A stretch of 64,000 bases of DNA. Source: Polyangiales bacterium. GTDB taxonomy: Bacteria; Myxococcota_A; Polyangia; Polyangiales; Ga0077539. A program made the translations under genes and the position numbers. The stretch lies in assembly GCA_044229975.1 (NCBI GenBank), contig JBGARZ010000024.1, positions 86,356-150,355 on the forward strand, written 5' to 3'. The notes below the pieces were generated by a model. It ran no database searches. It had not been told where the DNA came from and was given only the letters and a program-made list of their open reading frames with translations. This document shows, piece by piece, positions 11,201 through 21,881 of the stretch (position 1 is the stretch's first letter; each line of letters starts with the position of its first letter).

Positions 11201-11907
11201 AGCACCTCCGCCTCGCCTCGCCCTGGCGCCGCGCCCTCCTCGCGCAGCATCCCCTCCAGCGCGCGCAGCGCCCCGATGGACCAGCTCGCCGCGACGATGG
11301 CCGCCTGCCGCACACCCGTCGCCCCGCCCGGTCGCACCCACACCATCACGTGCAGCCCCGCCGCGTCGCCCGTCCCGGCCACTGCGCCCACCACCTGCCG
11401 CGCCCCCGTCCGCAGCGGAACCACCACGCTCACCGTCGCCGCGCGCCCGTGCATCACCGCCGTCACCGCCGACGCCACGCCCGCCACGAGCCCCGCGTGC
11501 AGCGGGTCGTCCACCGTCGCCGCCGACACCACACCTTCCACCGCGCTCCCGTCCCCGAGGCGCTGTCGCAGGTCGGCGAGCGCCGTCGCGAAGCCCGCCT
11601 CCGGGTCGGTCACCTCGGCGAGCGCCACCACCTCGCGCGGTCGCCGGCGAGCGTCGACGTAGCGCTCCCCCTCGCGCCGCCCGCTCACCCTCACGGGCAC
11701 CAACGGCGAGAACCTCGCCCGCAGCCACGTCACGGCCCGCGCGACGTCATCGCGCCGCGTGTCGGGCTCGTCGCACTCCAGCGTGAGCCCCTCGTCGCCG
11801 ACCACCAGCCGCGCGCCCGCGACACCCTGGGCATCGATGCCGTCGAGGAGATCGTCCGGGTCGAGTCTGGTTCCGAAGCCGCAGGTGAGGGGTGCGGGGA
11901 GCCGCAT
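8221..11907 (-). CDS. Fusion: 4Fe-4S dicluster ferredoxin + NodU/CmcH-type carbamoyltransferase + radical SAM domain
   Basis: Ferredoxin motifs CTGCGACSEVCP and CTRCLDCVEACP. Carbamoyltransferase motifs HHRAHAAS, DGRGD, AGGVALN, ANDAG, EFGPRALGARS, REPWRPFGP, HVDGTTRPQ and TSFN. Radical SAM CDLDCGHC and a C-terminal CRGCSVRERC. Confidence 0.85.
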   Translation of the reverse strand: MRLPAPLTCGFGTRLDPDDLLDGIDAQGVAGARLVVGDEGLTLECDEPDTRRDDVARAVTWLRARFSPLVPVRVSGRREGERYVDARRRPREVVALAEVTDPEAGFATALADLRQRLGDGSAVEGVVSAATVDDPLHAGLVAGVASAVTAVMHGRAATVSVVVPLRTGARQVVGAVAGTGDAAGLHVMVWVRPGGATGVRQAAIVAASWSIGALRALEGMLREEGAAPGRGEAEVLLDGLAWKASRRPTVTAQPPAHRPRLPMVVDASRCTGCGACSEVCPEGVLKAGTEGVIVGLREGAEDDCTRCLDCVEACPSDAIRPTHAPDGNTRSDALAHRPGWLSRLAGLPGPSVPAPFPPSYLLPKRGPVVGSRYVLGLAVMTQQEHAAALLKDGAVVGAVELERINRVRHAGWHPPGRPGVTAAVDPTLCLEETLCRGPIRALLEREGITLDDVECIAVNGLHGRYVGKIPFLDAKADIPAVRAGRVLYLPHHRAHAASALRASGRLDAWVLTVDGRGDRECAAVWRATDGVLALVDSVLALTDRSIGGVYSGVTSLLGFGSHGQGSVMALASFGTPNVDISRHLAMRDDGTLVAHEEGFNDTFAAYARAPDGPIERRHQDLAASVQKALEDTVVALLRRAVGDGPLDALCLAGGVALNCTMNERLRREFAPGAMFVQPGANDAGTAFGAALEAWAMHLGETDRSPALTHAGLGPDFDDGSIERVLKRSRLRWKRVDDVATETARRLADGQVACWFQGPMEFGPRALGARSIVADPRNAAMHARVNAMKQREPWRPFGPSVLAGREGEWLERAFDSRFMLFTLPVIESQRARVPAVVHVDGTTRPQVVHPTEQPRYHAMIAAFERLTGVPMVLDTSFNRRGEPIVCTPADALDCFVGLGADFLAIGDFLVERPPGPALAPIASDAVLAALPGGRRLSLRLTTRCDLDCGHCTLRDQREQPDRSSDEALRSLAEGREAGCDELVILRGEATLRRDLAALVGRARRMGYRFVQLQTDGKALAAVGLRDELLRAGVDAFEVQLLAADEATHDRLSGVAGAFRATATAIKALAASGRQLLVTVPVLRGNLRGLATTVAFAKHLGATRVQFNFPRPVELPGRAVTDAVPRLAHAALAVRQAAKVAAQQGVTVSTEAFPLCALPTELHGSPDATEDWARHRVDDLHLTHDALDAVRATQRPEPPPCRGCSVRERCPKTWAMYFELFGSDELRPIG

Positions 11908-11919
11908 GCCCTCGGGAGG

Positions 11920-13230
11920 CTACGCGATTGGCACCGTTCGCGCGCGCTGTGCGAGCGCCTCGACGACGCGCGCCACGACCGGGCGAGCCAGATCGACCGT
12001 CGCCCCGTCGGCCAGCCGGAAGTCCACCGCCGCACCCGTCTTCCCTCCCGCGCCCGGCGGCAAGAACACCACGTCCAACCGCTCGCCCCCGCTCGCCCGC
12101 AGCGGCAGCACGGTCTCGTCCGCGCCGTCCTGCACCGGCTCGGTCGACCACCCCGCGAAGCCGCCCACTCCGTGCAGCGCCCGCGCGAGCTTCACCGCCC
12201 GCCGACGCGCCCGCTGCGCCTTCAGCGCGTCTTCGGTCACGGCGCGAAACTCGTCCTCGCCGTGCAGCGCCAGGTACTCGCCGTAGACCCCGCTGCACTT
12301 CTCGCGGAACACACAACCCACGCAGCCCGCGGGGTGCCTTCGCATCGAGTAGTGCCACTCGTACTTGTCGACGGCGACCTCCAGCCCTTCGGTGTCGCAG
12401 GCCTGCGTGACGGTCTCCTCGCCGCCATGGTGCACGCGGTCGGCCCACTCGGGGATCACGCAGTACGGCAGGTTGCCCACGTTGACGTCGAAGCCCGGCT
12501 GCTCGGCCTCGAAGGCTTCGAGCATCGCGCGGAAATACGGCGCCATGTCCGTGTAGCGCGGCATGATCTCGCGGAGGTACGCGTCGTCGCGCTCGCCCGT
12601 GGAGCTCGGCCGCACGATGTCGAGGTGGAGCTGCGCGAGCCCGTGCTCGGCCACGAGCGCGGGGAAGTCCGGCAGCGAGCGGTAGCTGTTCTCGTTGACG
12701 CAGAGGTTGGCCGTCACGCGTTGTTTGAGCGCCGCGAGCGCGCGCAGCCCGAACTCGATGCGCTTGAACGAGTCTGGCCGCTTGGTGACCGCGACGTGGG
12801 CGGCCTCGTTGCCGCCTTGGATGGACACGCGCCACTCGACGCGCGGCCCCAGCGCCACCACCCGCTCGATGAACCCGGGATGCGGGAACATCACCCCGTT
12901 GGTGAAGATGATGACCTCCTCGAAGCCGAGGTCGACGGCGTGGGCGACGGCCTCGTGGAAGCCCTTGTGGAGCGTGGGTTCGCCGCCGAGGAAGGTGATG
13001 CGCCGGGCGCCCGAGGCGCGCGCCTTGTCGAGGGCCTCGATGATGGGCGCGAGGGCGATGGGCCGGGCGACCTTCCACTCCGAGAGCTGCCCGCTCGAAC
13101 AGAACACGCATCGGTTGTTGCAGAGGTGCCCGAGCTGGAGCTCGAACTGGTGCCCCGTCCCGGTCGCGGTGACCGTGGTGGCCTCGTCGCGCAGGCGATC
13201 GAGCACGGGCAGCACACGTCGGGTCGCCAT
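11920..13230 (-). CDS. Radical SAM protein (HxsC-like clade), paralog of 45783-47387
   Basis: QLGHLCNNRCVFC, GGEPT, FTNG, NLPYC, CVGCVFREKCSG. Start trimmed to MATRRVLPVL. Confidence 0.85.
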   Translation of the reverse strand: MATRRVLPVLDRLRDEATTVTATGTGHQFELQLGHLCNNRCVFCSSGQLSEWKVARPIALAPIIEALDKARASGARRITFLGGEPTLHKGFHEAVAHAVDLGFEEVIIFTNGVMFPHPGFIERVVALGPRVEWRVSIQGGNEAAHVAVTKRPDSFKRIEFGLRALAALKQRVTANLCVNENSYRSLPDFPALVAEHGLAQLHLDIVRPSSTGERDDAYLREIMPRYTDMAPYFRAMLEAFEAEQPGFDVNVGNLPYCVIPEWADRVHHGGEETVTQACDTEGLEVAVDKYEWHYSMRRHPAGCVGCVFREKCSGVYGEYLALHGEDEFRAVTEDALKAQRARRRAVKLARALHGVGGFAGWSTEPVQDGADETVLPLRASGGERLDVVFLPPGAGGKTGAAVDFRLADGATVDLARPVVARVVEALAQRARTVPIA

Positions 13231-13316
13231 GACCCGTCCAGCGTAGGCTTGGGCCGACGACGAGGGCAAGCGAGCGCCTTGACCCGCCCGCGGGTCGTCC
13301 GGGACGATCGCGCGCG

Positions 13317-13765
13317 GTGAACGAGCCCCCATCCCCGCCGCGCCGATCGACCGCGACCCTGGTCTCAGCACTGGCCTTCGTCGGCTACCTCGCCATCAGC
13401 CGCGTGACGGTGGACCTGTTCCCGTTCTCGACCCTCAACATGTACTCGCACTCCCGCACGCAGGGCGCGAGCCGCCTCTTCGCCCGCGACGCCACGGGCC
13501 GCGTCCGCGAGCTCGACCGCTTCGACCGCTGGGACTGCCCCACCTCTCTCGACCCTGCCGCGCAGGCGTGCCCAAACCTCGGCAACGTCTCGACCATCGA
13601 CTACGTCGACCGCGACATGGCCGTCTTTCTCCGCGCCCACCGGGCGCGCGCCCCCGAGAGCCCGCCCGTGGACGTCGTGCGCCGGGTGTGGCGCCTCACC
13701 GACCACGCAGGCCCTCCCCCCTTCGAGGACTGCCTCCTGCTGCGCTGCCGCGCGTCGTGGCGCCC

Positions 13766-13769
<4 letters not shown>
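13317..13769 (+). CDS. Hypothetical membrane-anchored protein, coupled to the next gene
   Basis: 150 aa, N-terminal TM helix then FPFSTLNMYS. Its TGA overlaps the GTG of the next gene (GTGA). Confidence 0.6.
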
Positions 13770-14701
<932 letters not shown>

Positions 14702-14752
14702 TCGGACGTGGCCCGTAGACGCCAGAGCGTCCTGGAGTCTAGACGTCTGGAC

Positions 14753-15097
14753 ATGGCCACCAAGAAGCCCCCGCTCAGCCTGCGCCGACCGAGCGAGGCC
14801 ATCGATCCCCTCCAGGCCGAGCGCTTCGTCCGCGGCTCGGCCGTCGAGGCGCCCGCTCCGACGCCAAAGCGTCCAGACGTCCAGACGCCCGCTCCGACGC
14901 CGCGCGTGGTGGAGGCCGTCTCGAAGTCGCTGGTCTACCGCAAGCGCACCGACGACCACCGCCGGCGAATGACCATCTACCTGTCCGAAGACCTCTCGCG
15001 CCGCCTGCGCCTCTACGCCGCCGAGCACGACCAGGACTACAGCGTGATCCTCGCCGAGTCGCTCGAAGCCCTGCTCGACCGCAAGAACGTCCGCTAG
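14753..15097 (+). CDS. Ribbon-helix-helix (CopG/ParG-like) DNA-binding protein
   Basis: Flexible N-terminus, then RRMTIYLSEDLSRRLRLYAAEHDQDYSVILAESLEALL (beta strand plus two helices). 8-bp repeats overlap its start codon. Confidence 0.7.
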   Translation: MATKKPPLSLRRPSEAIDPLQAERFVRGSAVEAPAPTPKRPDVQTPAPTPRVVEAVSKSLVYRKRTDDHRRRMTIYLSEDLSRRLRLYAAEHDQDYSVILAESLEALLDRKNVR

Positions 15098-15100
15098 ACC

Positions 15101-18052
15101 TCAGCGCGACCGCATCGCGGGACTCGCCACGTGCTTGGGCCCTTCGGGTCGCGTGAGCCGCTCGCCCAGCGCGGTCACCACGGCCTGCGCGATGCGCATC
15201 GCCCGCAGCCCATCGAGGGCGCTGGTCGGCGGCGCCGCCTTGCGCGCGACCATGTCGCGGAACGCATCGAGCATCCCCTCGCTGTCGTTGCCGCGCTCGA
15301 CCGAGGTGGTGCGATCGCCCTGTGGGGTGTCGTGCACGATGCTCTCGGAGCCACCCTCGCGGCGCCACGAGAAGCGCCGGTTGAGCGCGGTGATGAGCGC
15401 CACCTCGTCGAGGTTGCTCGTCCCCTCACTGTCCAGAACGATCTCCCCCACCGCCCCGTCCGCGAACAAGAACTCCGCGCGCAGCCACTGCGGACGGTCC
15501 TGCCCGCGGGTCTCGGTGCGGGTGAGGGTGGGCTCTCCCTGCCCGAACGCCGCCATGAGGTACGCCGAGTGGTAGAGCGGTTGGTAGAGCGCGTCGCGGC
15601 TCCACGCCTTCGGTGCGTCGGGCGCCGCCGCGGGCCAGCGCCGCAGACACGTCACGCGCCGCGGGGCGGTGATGGTCCCGTCGGCCAGCATCGCCCGCAG
15701 CCGCCGGACGCCCGGCGTGTAGAGCATCACGTGCGCGGCCATCATCGGGCTCTGCTCGGCGCGGGCGACCAGGGCCGCGGCCTCGTCCGCCGTGCGCGCG
15801 AGCGGCTTCTCGACGAGCGCGGGGATGCCTCGATCGGCGGCGAGCATGGCGAGCGGATGGTGCGCGATGGTGGCCGCGGCGACGACCACCGCGTCGGGCT
15901 TCACCGCGTCGAGCAGGACCGCGGCATCGCTCTCCAGGCGCAGCCCCTCGAAGGGACCAGGGTCGCGCTCCAGCAGATGCGGCGAAGCGACGCCCACGAC
16001 CTCCAGGCCGCGCACCTGCTTGGCTGCTCTCAACAGCCGCTGCGCGTGCGGCCCCGAGCCCAAAAACACCACCCGCACCGGCTTCGACTCGTCGGCCCGC
16101 AGCATCGGGAGGCGGCGCGGTTCGGGCGGCAGCGCGGGGATGGGCAGCTCGCCCTCGTCGGCCAAGACGGGCGCGATGCGCAGCGCGGGGTGCACCTGCT
16201 CGAAGCGCACCGGCGGGCGGTGGACGGCGATGTACCGGACCTCCTCGGGGGTGAGGGGTTCGCCCTTCTGCGCGACGAGCTCGCCGAATCCGTAGCGCAC
16301 GGCGTAGGGCTTCCAGAGGCCGACGCAGAGCGACGAGAAGCGGCACTCGGCGCACTGCGGCCCGCGGGTCTTCTGGGGCTCGTCGTCCGAGAGGGCCTGC
16401 GGGGACATCTGGACGAAGTCGCTCCAGCCGACGAACTCCCCGAGGAAGCACGGCGGGATGCCCTGGCGCGAGCCCACCACGAAGGCGTTGCCGCGCGACT
16501 CCAGCAGCTTCATGGCGCGCCGCAGGTACGGGGTCACCTCGGAGATGCGCGGCATGAGCGCGGCGTTTTCCAGCGCCTTGAACTGCGGCGTCACGAACGC
16601 GAACGAGATGCCCACGCGCCCGCCCCAGGTCGAGCTCACGAAGTCCGCGAAGCGCGGCAGGTACGGGAAGTTGATGGCCGTGATGACGTGGTTGACGTCG
16701 ACCAGCACGCCCGCGTCGAGCATCGCGTGGATCGAGCGCACCGAGCGCTCCCAGTCGCCGATCTTCGAGGTGGCGCGGCGGGAGAGCTGCTCGTCGTGGG
16801 CGTGCAGCGAGACGAAGGCCTTGGTGAGCCCGGCCTCGCGCAGCGGGCGAACCTTCTCGGGCGTATCGATGAGCGCGCCGTTGGTGACCAGCTCGACGTC
16901 GGCGATGCCCAGCCGCGACGCCGCGCGGATGTAGTGCACGAGGTCTTTGGAGAGCGTGGGCTCACCGCCGCTGAAGGAGAGGTGCTTCACCCCCGAGCGG
17001 GCCATGCGGGCGATGCGCCGGAGCATGTCCTGGGAGTCCTTGAAGACGTTCTCGGTGGTCTCGTTGGCGCTGCAAAAAGGGCAGTCCTGGTTGCAGTGGA
17101 TCGTCGGACGCAGCACCCGGTTGATGACCCGCGAGGCGGCCTCGCGGTGCGAGGCGTTCCAGTCGCGGCGGGGCGTGGTGCGCTGCTCGAAGAGGCGCTT
17201 CGGTTTGGCGGCGAAGGGCAGGAGGTCACGCTCACCATGCACGGCGCGGTAGGCGTCGCTCGGGCCGAGGCAGTAGTCGCGCACCGCGCACTTCGCGCAC
17301 GCCTCACCCTGCGTAAACCCAGAGCGCTTCTGCGCCGGGCGCTTCGGGTTGAACTGGTGTGCGCGCTGGTGCTCCTCGTCGTGCCCGAGCACGCACAGCG
17401 GGATCGCGTCGTACTCGAAGATCTGCACCTTGATGCCGAGCGCCGACGCCTTCGGGATGAGCTTCCGCAGCGACGCGCGAACCTCCTCCCACGGCGGCTG
17501 CGCGAGCACCGCGGGCGTCGGCGCGATCGACGCGTACACCCGGAAGCCCGCGAGCGATGGCACCGCCCGATGGGCGAGGTCGAGCAGCTCGGAGAGGTCC
17601 TGCAAGCGCGCCGGGAGCAGCGCGACCTCGACGGACACCGAGAGCCCCGCGGCGTCCATCGCGCGCATCGCCCGCAGCGTCGCCACCAGCGCGCCGTTGC
17701 GACCCGCGACGCGATCGTGCACGGCCGGGACGTGCGAGAAGAGCGGGACGACCACGCCCCGAACGCCCTGGTCGGCGAGGGTCATGGCCTGGGCGACGGT
17801 GGCGAAGCGCCCGCCGTGGGTACGCACCCGCACGTCGGCCCAGCCCGCCTGGTGGGCGGCTTCGAGCACCTTCGCGAAGTTGGGCGCGTTGACCGACGAC
17901 CCGCGGAAGACGAGCCGCTCGCCGCCCGTCCGTACTCCGACGGGGACGCCGTGCTCGTCGGTGGGGGAGGGGCGCTCGGAGCAGTCGCAGAGGGCGGAGC
18001 AGCGCTGCTCGCAGGCGCCTGCGAGGTGGATGTGGAGGGTCGAGCGTGACAC
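15101..18052 (-). CDS. Tandem radical SAM (degenerate + intact) fused to a Gfo/Idh/MocA-type NAD(P)-dependent oxidoreductase
   Basis: N-terminal CEQRCSALC (non-canonical spacing, no GGEP). Second domain CNQDCPFC/GGEPT/TNG. C-terminal VVFLGSG and LVEKPLA. Confidence 0.8.
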   Translation of the reverse strand: MSRSTLHIHLAGACEQRCSALCDCSERPSPTDEHGVPVGVRTGGERLVFRGSSVNAPNFAKVLEAAHQAGWADVRVRTHGGRFATVAQAMTLADQGVRGVVVPLFSHVPAVHDRVAGRNGALVATLRAMRAMDAAGLSVSVEVALLPARLQDLSELLDLAHRAVPSLAGFRVYASIAPTPAVLAQPPWEEVRASLRKLIPKASALGIKVQIFEYDAIPLCVLGHDEEHQRAHQFNPKRPAQKRSGFTQGEACAKCAVRDYCLGPSDAYRAVHGERDLLPFAAKPKRLFEQRTTPRRDWNASHREAASRVINRVLRPTIHCNQDCPFCSANETTENVFKDSQDMLRRIARMARSGVKHLSFSGGEPTLSKDLVHYIRAASRLGIADVELVTNGALIDTPEKVRPLREAGLTKAFVSLHAHDEQLSRRATSKIGDWERSVRSIHAMLDAGVLVDVNHVITAINFPYLPRFADFVSSTWGGRVGISFAFVTPQFKALENAALMPRISEVTPYLRRAMKLLESRGNAFVVGSRQGIPPCFLGEFVGWSDFVQMSPQALSDDEPQKTRGPQCAECRFSSLCVGLWKPYAVRYGFGELVAQKGEPLTPEEVRYIAVHRPPVRFEQVHPALRIAPVLADEGELPIPALPPEPRRLPMLRADESKPVRVVFLGSGPHAQRLLRAAKQVRGLEVVGVASPHLLERDPGPFEGLRLESDAAVLLDAVKPDAVVVAAATIAHHPLAMLAADRGIPALVEKPLARTADEAAALVARAEQSPMMAAHVMLYTPGVRRLRAMLADGTITAPRRVTCLRRWPAAAPDAPKAWSRDALYQPLYHSAYLMAAFGQGEPTLTRTETRGQDRPQWLRAEFLFADGAVGEIVLDSEGTSNLDEVALITALNRRFSWRREGGSESIVHDTPQGDRTTSVERGNDSEGMLDAFRDMVARKAAPPTSALDGLRAMRIAQAVVTALGERLTRPEGPKHVASPAMRSR

Positions 18053-18079
18053 CGAGGGTCTCGCCCGCAGTCTACACGC

Positions 18080-19825
18080 TCAGGGAAGCTCGATGCGCGG
18101 CCCGTCGACGACCCGCAGCCCCTCGGCGCTCCCGCGTAGCAGGAACCACTGCGTCGGCAGCAGCCCCAGCACGAGGTCGTCGTAGCCATCGCGGTCGACG
18201 TCGCCCGTCCACGCGAAGGAGAGCGCCGTGTCGCGCGACCCGACGTCCGAGGGATAGATCGACCGCGACGGCGCAACGGGCATCCCCGCCGGGCTCCCAT
18301 AGAACAGGTACATCGACGGCCCGCGCCCCTCGTTGTGCATCCGCACCACGACGTCGCCGTAGCCGTCGCCGTTGAAGTCGCCGCCCGCCCGCACCCCGAT
18401 GCCCTCGGTCTGCGGTCCCGTGAACGCCACCGTCCGCGCCGGCGCCGTCTCCACGCCGGGCGCCGCGCCCTGGAAGAGCACCACGTGGCTCCGCCCATCG
18501 ACCGCAGGCCCGTAGGGTTCGGCCACCAGCGGGTCGGCGTGACCGTCGCCGTTGAGGTCGCCCACGACGCTCACATCCTGCCCGAAGAGGCTCACGGCCA
18601 TCGCGTCGCCGTGAAGCCGTGTGACCTCGGAGTGCAGACAGACGCCCGCGCGGTTGAGCCACACGAGCGCGCTCCCCGGCGCCGTCGTCGAGGTGACGCC
18701 CACCAGCAGGTCGGGCCGACCGTCGCCGTTGACGTCGCCGCCGCCCGAGAGCGACGCGCCGAGTCCGTCGCCGGGCTCCCCCTGCAACAGCACCTCGGGC
18801 GCCGCCTGGAGTCCCTGCGGCGATCCGAAGAACACCCGCACCCGCCCCGCGACCCCATCACGCTCGTGGTCGACGCCCGCGAGGTCGGCGTAGCCGTCGG
18901 CGTTGAGGTCGCCCGCGTCGCGGAAGGAGTCCGGCCAGCGCTCCACCCCAGCGGGCCGGGCGAGCTGCACCGGCATCGTGGGCAACCCGTTGGGACCGCC
19001 GCGGTAGAGGTACACCGCGCGCTGGGCGGGGTCGCCGTCGCGGGTCGCCACGGTGATGCCATCGAGGAAGCCGTCGCCGTCGAGGTCGCCGACCGCGGAG
19101 AGGTGACCCACGACGCCCTCACCCTCGGGGGCCGCGATGCGGACGGCGGGCGTGAGCGTGAGCCCCGTCGATGAGCCGAGGTAGAGCCCCGTGGGGCTGT
19201 CGGGACCGAAGCGCATCAGGAGGTCGGCGTGGCCATCGCCGTTGAGGTCGGGGATGCGTCCCTGCACCGTGTCGACGCCCGACTCGCGCGCCCCCACGAC
19301 GAACTCCCAGACCGGCGTGGGCTTGGTGGACAGGTGGTTGCCGCGGCGGGCGCGCAGCCGCCAGAAGTAGACCCCCGGCGCGAGCGGAGTCTCCGGGCGC
19401 AGCGATGACCCGACCAGGTCGACCTCGCGCAGCACCGTGGTGCAGGCCCGGTCGCGACAGAGCTGCCACCGACCGCCCTGCACGTTGGCGGGCAGCACCC
19501 AGCGGAAGGTCGGTCGCTGCGAGGTCACCCGCCCGAAGGACTCCGGCGCGAGGAGCCGCGCGACGTTGTCGCTGCCCGGGGTGCAGACCTCGCCCGCGCA
19601 GCGCAGCCCCGGACCGCAGCGCAGCCCGCAGAGCCCGCACGGGACGGCCTGCACCACCGGGTCGACCGGCTCGTCGGGCAGCGGCTCGCTGACGACGCTC
19701 TCCGGCAGGTCGACCATGAAGCGCGGGCCGACCGGCGCCCTCGTGTCGCTGTCGGTGCTCGCACAGCCCGCGACGACCACGCAGGCAGCGAAGCGGACCC
19801 ATGAATCGGCACGGCGCACGGACAT
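18080..19825 (-). CDS. FG-GAP/integrin-like repeat lipoprotein
   Basis: Multiple GD-x-N/D-GDG-x2-D repeats and lipobox VVAGC. Confidence 0.8.
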   Translation of the reverse strand: MSVRRADSWVRFAACVVVAGCASTDSDTRAPVGPRFMVDLPESVVSEPLPDEPVDPVVQAVPCGLCGLRCGPGLRCAGEVCTPGSDNVARLLAPESFGRVTSQRPTFRWVLPANVQGGRWQLCRDRACTTVLREVDLVGSSLRPETPLAPGVYFWRLRARRGNHLSTKPTPVWEFVVGARESGVDTVQGRIPDLNGDGHADLLMRFGPDSPTGLYLGSSTGLTLTPAVRIAAPEGEGVVGHLSAVGDLDGDGFLDGITVATRDGDPAQRAVYLYRGGPNGLPTMPVQLARPAGVERWPDSFRDAGDLNADGYADLAGVDHERDGVAGRVRVFFGSPQGLQAAPEVLLQGEPGDGLGASLSGGGDVNGDGRPDLLVGVTSTTAPGSALVWLNRAGVCLHSEVTRLHGDAMAVSLFGQDVSVVGDLNGDGHADPLVAEPYGPAVDGRSHVVLFQGAAPGVETAPARTVAFTGPQTEGIGVRAGGDFNGDGYGDVVVRMHNEGRGPSMYLFYGSPAGMPVAPSRSIYPSDVGSRDTALSFAWTGDVDRDGYDDLVLGLLPTQWFLLRGSAEGLRVVDGPRIELP

Positions 19826-19937
19826 GACGGGTCAACCTCCTCCGCGTCGCGCCGGACGCTACCAGAGGCTTGCAGACAGGTGGGGTGGGAGCCGTCCGTG
19901 CCTTTTGCGGGCGAACCGTTCCATACTGGCGGCCGCG

Positions 19938-21881
19938 ATGGCTTCTTCCGAGGTGCGGATCAACCTCTTCCACGGCGACCGGCTGGAGTACCGCTTCTGC
20001 ACGCCCACCTGGCGCCAGACCCGGCGCGCGGTGCCGCTCGCCGAGGTGCTCGAACAGGTCGAGGCCGTCGACGCCCGCCGCTGCCAGCGGCTGCTGCTGG
20101 GCGAGTCGGCCCTCGCGCACCCGGACTTCGACCGCATCCTCGCCCGCTGCAAGGAGCGCGAGCTCAAGGGCATCGCCGTCGAGACCGACGGCCGCCCGCT
20201 CACCGCCCCGCTGCTCGCCTCGCTCAAGGAGCGCGGCGTCGAGAAGCTCTTCGTGGTGTGCGGCGGCGCGCGGCGCAGCGTCCACGAGCAGACCATGCAG
20301 GACCCCGGGTGCTTCATGGAGGCCATGGACGGCCTGAAGCGCGCGGCCGCGAGCGGCATGGCGCTGTACGTCATCGTTCCGGTGCTGCGCTGGACGGTGC
20401 GCGACCTCGACCCGCTGCTCGAATGGGCCCGCGCGCTCGACGGCTCGCTCAAGGGTTTCCTGCTGGCGCTGCCCGAGACGGGGCAGGTGCCCGCGCCGAT
20501 GCACAAGGTGCTGCTCTCCTACGCCGAGCAGGCCGAGGCCGCGCGGCGCGTCTTCGATGAGTGCCGCCGGTGGAAGATCGAGTGGGGCTTCACCACGCGG
20601 CGCGGCGTGCTCCCGTGCGCGGCGGGCGGGGCGCTCGACCGCTTCGGGACGGTGTTCTTCGACCGCATCACGTACCTGCGGCACGCGCCGGCGGAGGAGT
20701 TCGCGCGCGTCGCGGCCTGCGAGACCTGCTCGATGAACCAGTCGTGCCCGGGCATCGAGCCCGCGTACGTCGAGGCGTTTGGTGCGGAGGGCCTCGCGCC
20801 CATCCCGCTCGATGTCTCCATGGACTGGAACCTCAAGCGCGCCAACACGCTGGAGAAGCGCGACTTCAAGAACGTCTCGGACTTCGACAACGACACCGAG
20901 GGCAACGGCCGCGCGCTGCTGCGCATCAACGGCCACTGCAACATGTCGTGCGCGTTCTGCTTCGTGGACCGCACGGTGCCCGACTTCGACGCGGAGGACA
21001 TCCTCGGGCAGATCGAGCGCATGGCGAAGCGCGACCCGTCGCACCTGGTGCTGTCGGGCGGCGAGCCCACGCTGCACCCGGCGCTCCCGCGCTTCATCGC
21101 CCGCGGCAAGGAGCTCGGCTTCCGCACCATCGAGATCCAGACCAACGGGGTGAAGGCCGCGGTGCCCGAGTACGCCAAGGTGCTCGCCGACGCCGGGCTC
21201 TCGAAGATCACGGTCTCGCTGCACTCGGTCGACCCCGAGCAGTCCGACAAGATCACGCGTCTGCCGCAGGCCTTCGGCAAGACCATCACCTCGATGCACA
21301 ACTTCCGTCAGCTCGGGGTGCTGACGCAGATCGCGCACGTCATCACCAAGGCCAACTTCGAGGAGCTGCCCAACACGGTGCGCTTCCTGCGCGAGGAGTT
21401 TCCCGAGGACGAGGGGCACCTCAGCATCTGCTTCGGCGTGGCGCAGCCCATCAGCGACCTCGTCTACACGTGGGTCATGCCGCGCTTCGACGAGATCAAA
21501 CCGTTCATGAAGGCGGCGCTCGACTACTGCCTGGAGACCCGCGTGGGCTTCGGCGGAATGATCGGCCAGGGCGGATACCCGCCGTGCATGCTCGACGGCG
21601 ACCTCCGCTACTACGAAGGCAACATCCGCAACATCTACCGATCGGCCGACTGGCAGGACCAGTTCTACAAGGCCGACCGCTGCAAGGAGTGCAGCTTCGA
21701 CCCGTACTGCGTGGGCGTCCGCCGCCTCTACGTGGAGACCTACGGCGACGCGGAGATCGTTCCCTTCAAGGCCGACATCGAAGAGCCCACCAACGCCACC
21801 ATCGTCGAGGCCCCGGTGGTCACCGACGGCGCCCTGGTCACCCTCCGCCGCCGCAAGAACGACGCGGCCCCGCAGCCGTGA
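19938..21881 (+). CDS. Tandem radical SAM protein (N-terminal domain lacks CxxxCxxC; C-terminal domain intact)
   Basis: First half has GES, ETDG, LPC and CETCSMNQSCPG but no SAM-cluster motif. Second half has CNMSCAFC, GGEPT, QTNG and CKECSFDPYCVG. Start trimmed to ATG 19938. Confidence 0.85.
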   Translation: MASSEVRINLFHGDRLEYRFCTPTWRQTRRAVPLAEVLEQVEAVDARRCQRLLLGESALAHPDFDRILARCKERELKGIAVETDGRPLTAPLLASLKERGVEKLFVVCGGARRSVHEQTMQDPGCFMEAMDGLKRAAASGMALYVIVPVLRWTVRDLDPLLEWARALDGSLKGFLLALPETGQVPAPMHKVLLSYAEQAEAARRVFDECRRWKIEWGFTTRRGVLPCAAGGALDRFGTVFFDRITYLRHAPAEEFARVAACETCSMNQSCPGIEPAYVEAFGAEGLAPIPLDVSMDWNLKRANTLEKRDFKNVSDFDNDTEGNGRALLRINGHCNMSCAFCFVDRTVPDFDAEDILGQIERMAKRDPSHLVLSGGEPTLHPALPRFIARGKELGFRTIEIQTNGVKAAVPEYAKVLADAGLSKITVSLHSVDPEQSDKITRLPQAFGKTITSMHNFRQLGVLTQIAHVITKANFEELPNTVRFLREEFPEDEGHLSICFGVAQPISDLVYTWVMPRFDEIKPFMKAALDYCLETRVGFGGMIGQGGYPPCMLDGDLRYYEGNIRNIYRSADWQDQFYKADRCKECSFDPYCVGVRRLYVETYGDAEIVPFKADIEEPTNATIVEAPVVTDGALVTLRRRKNDAAPQP

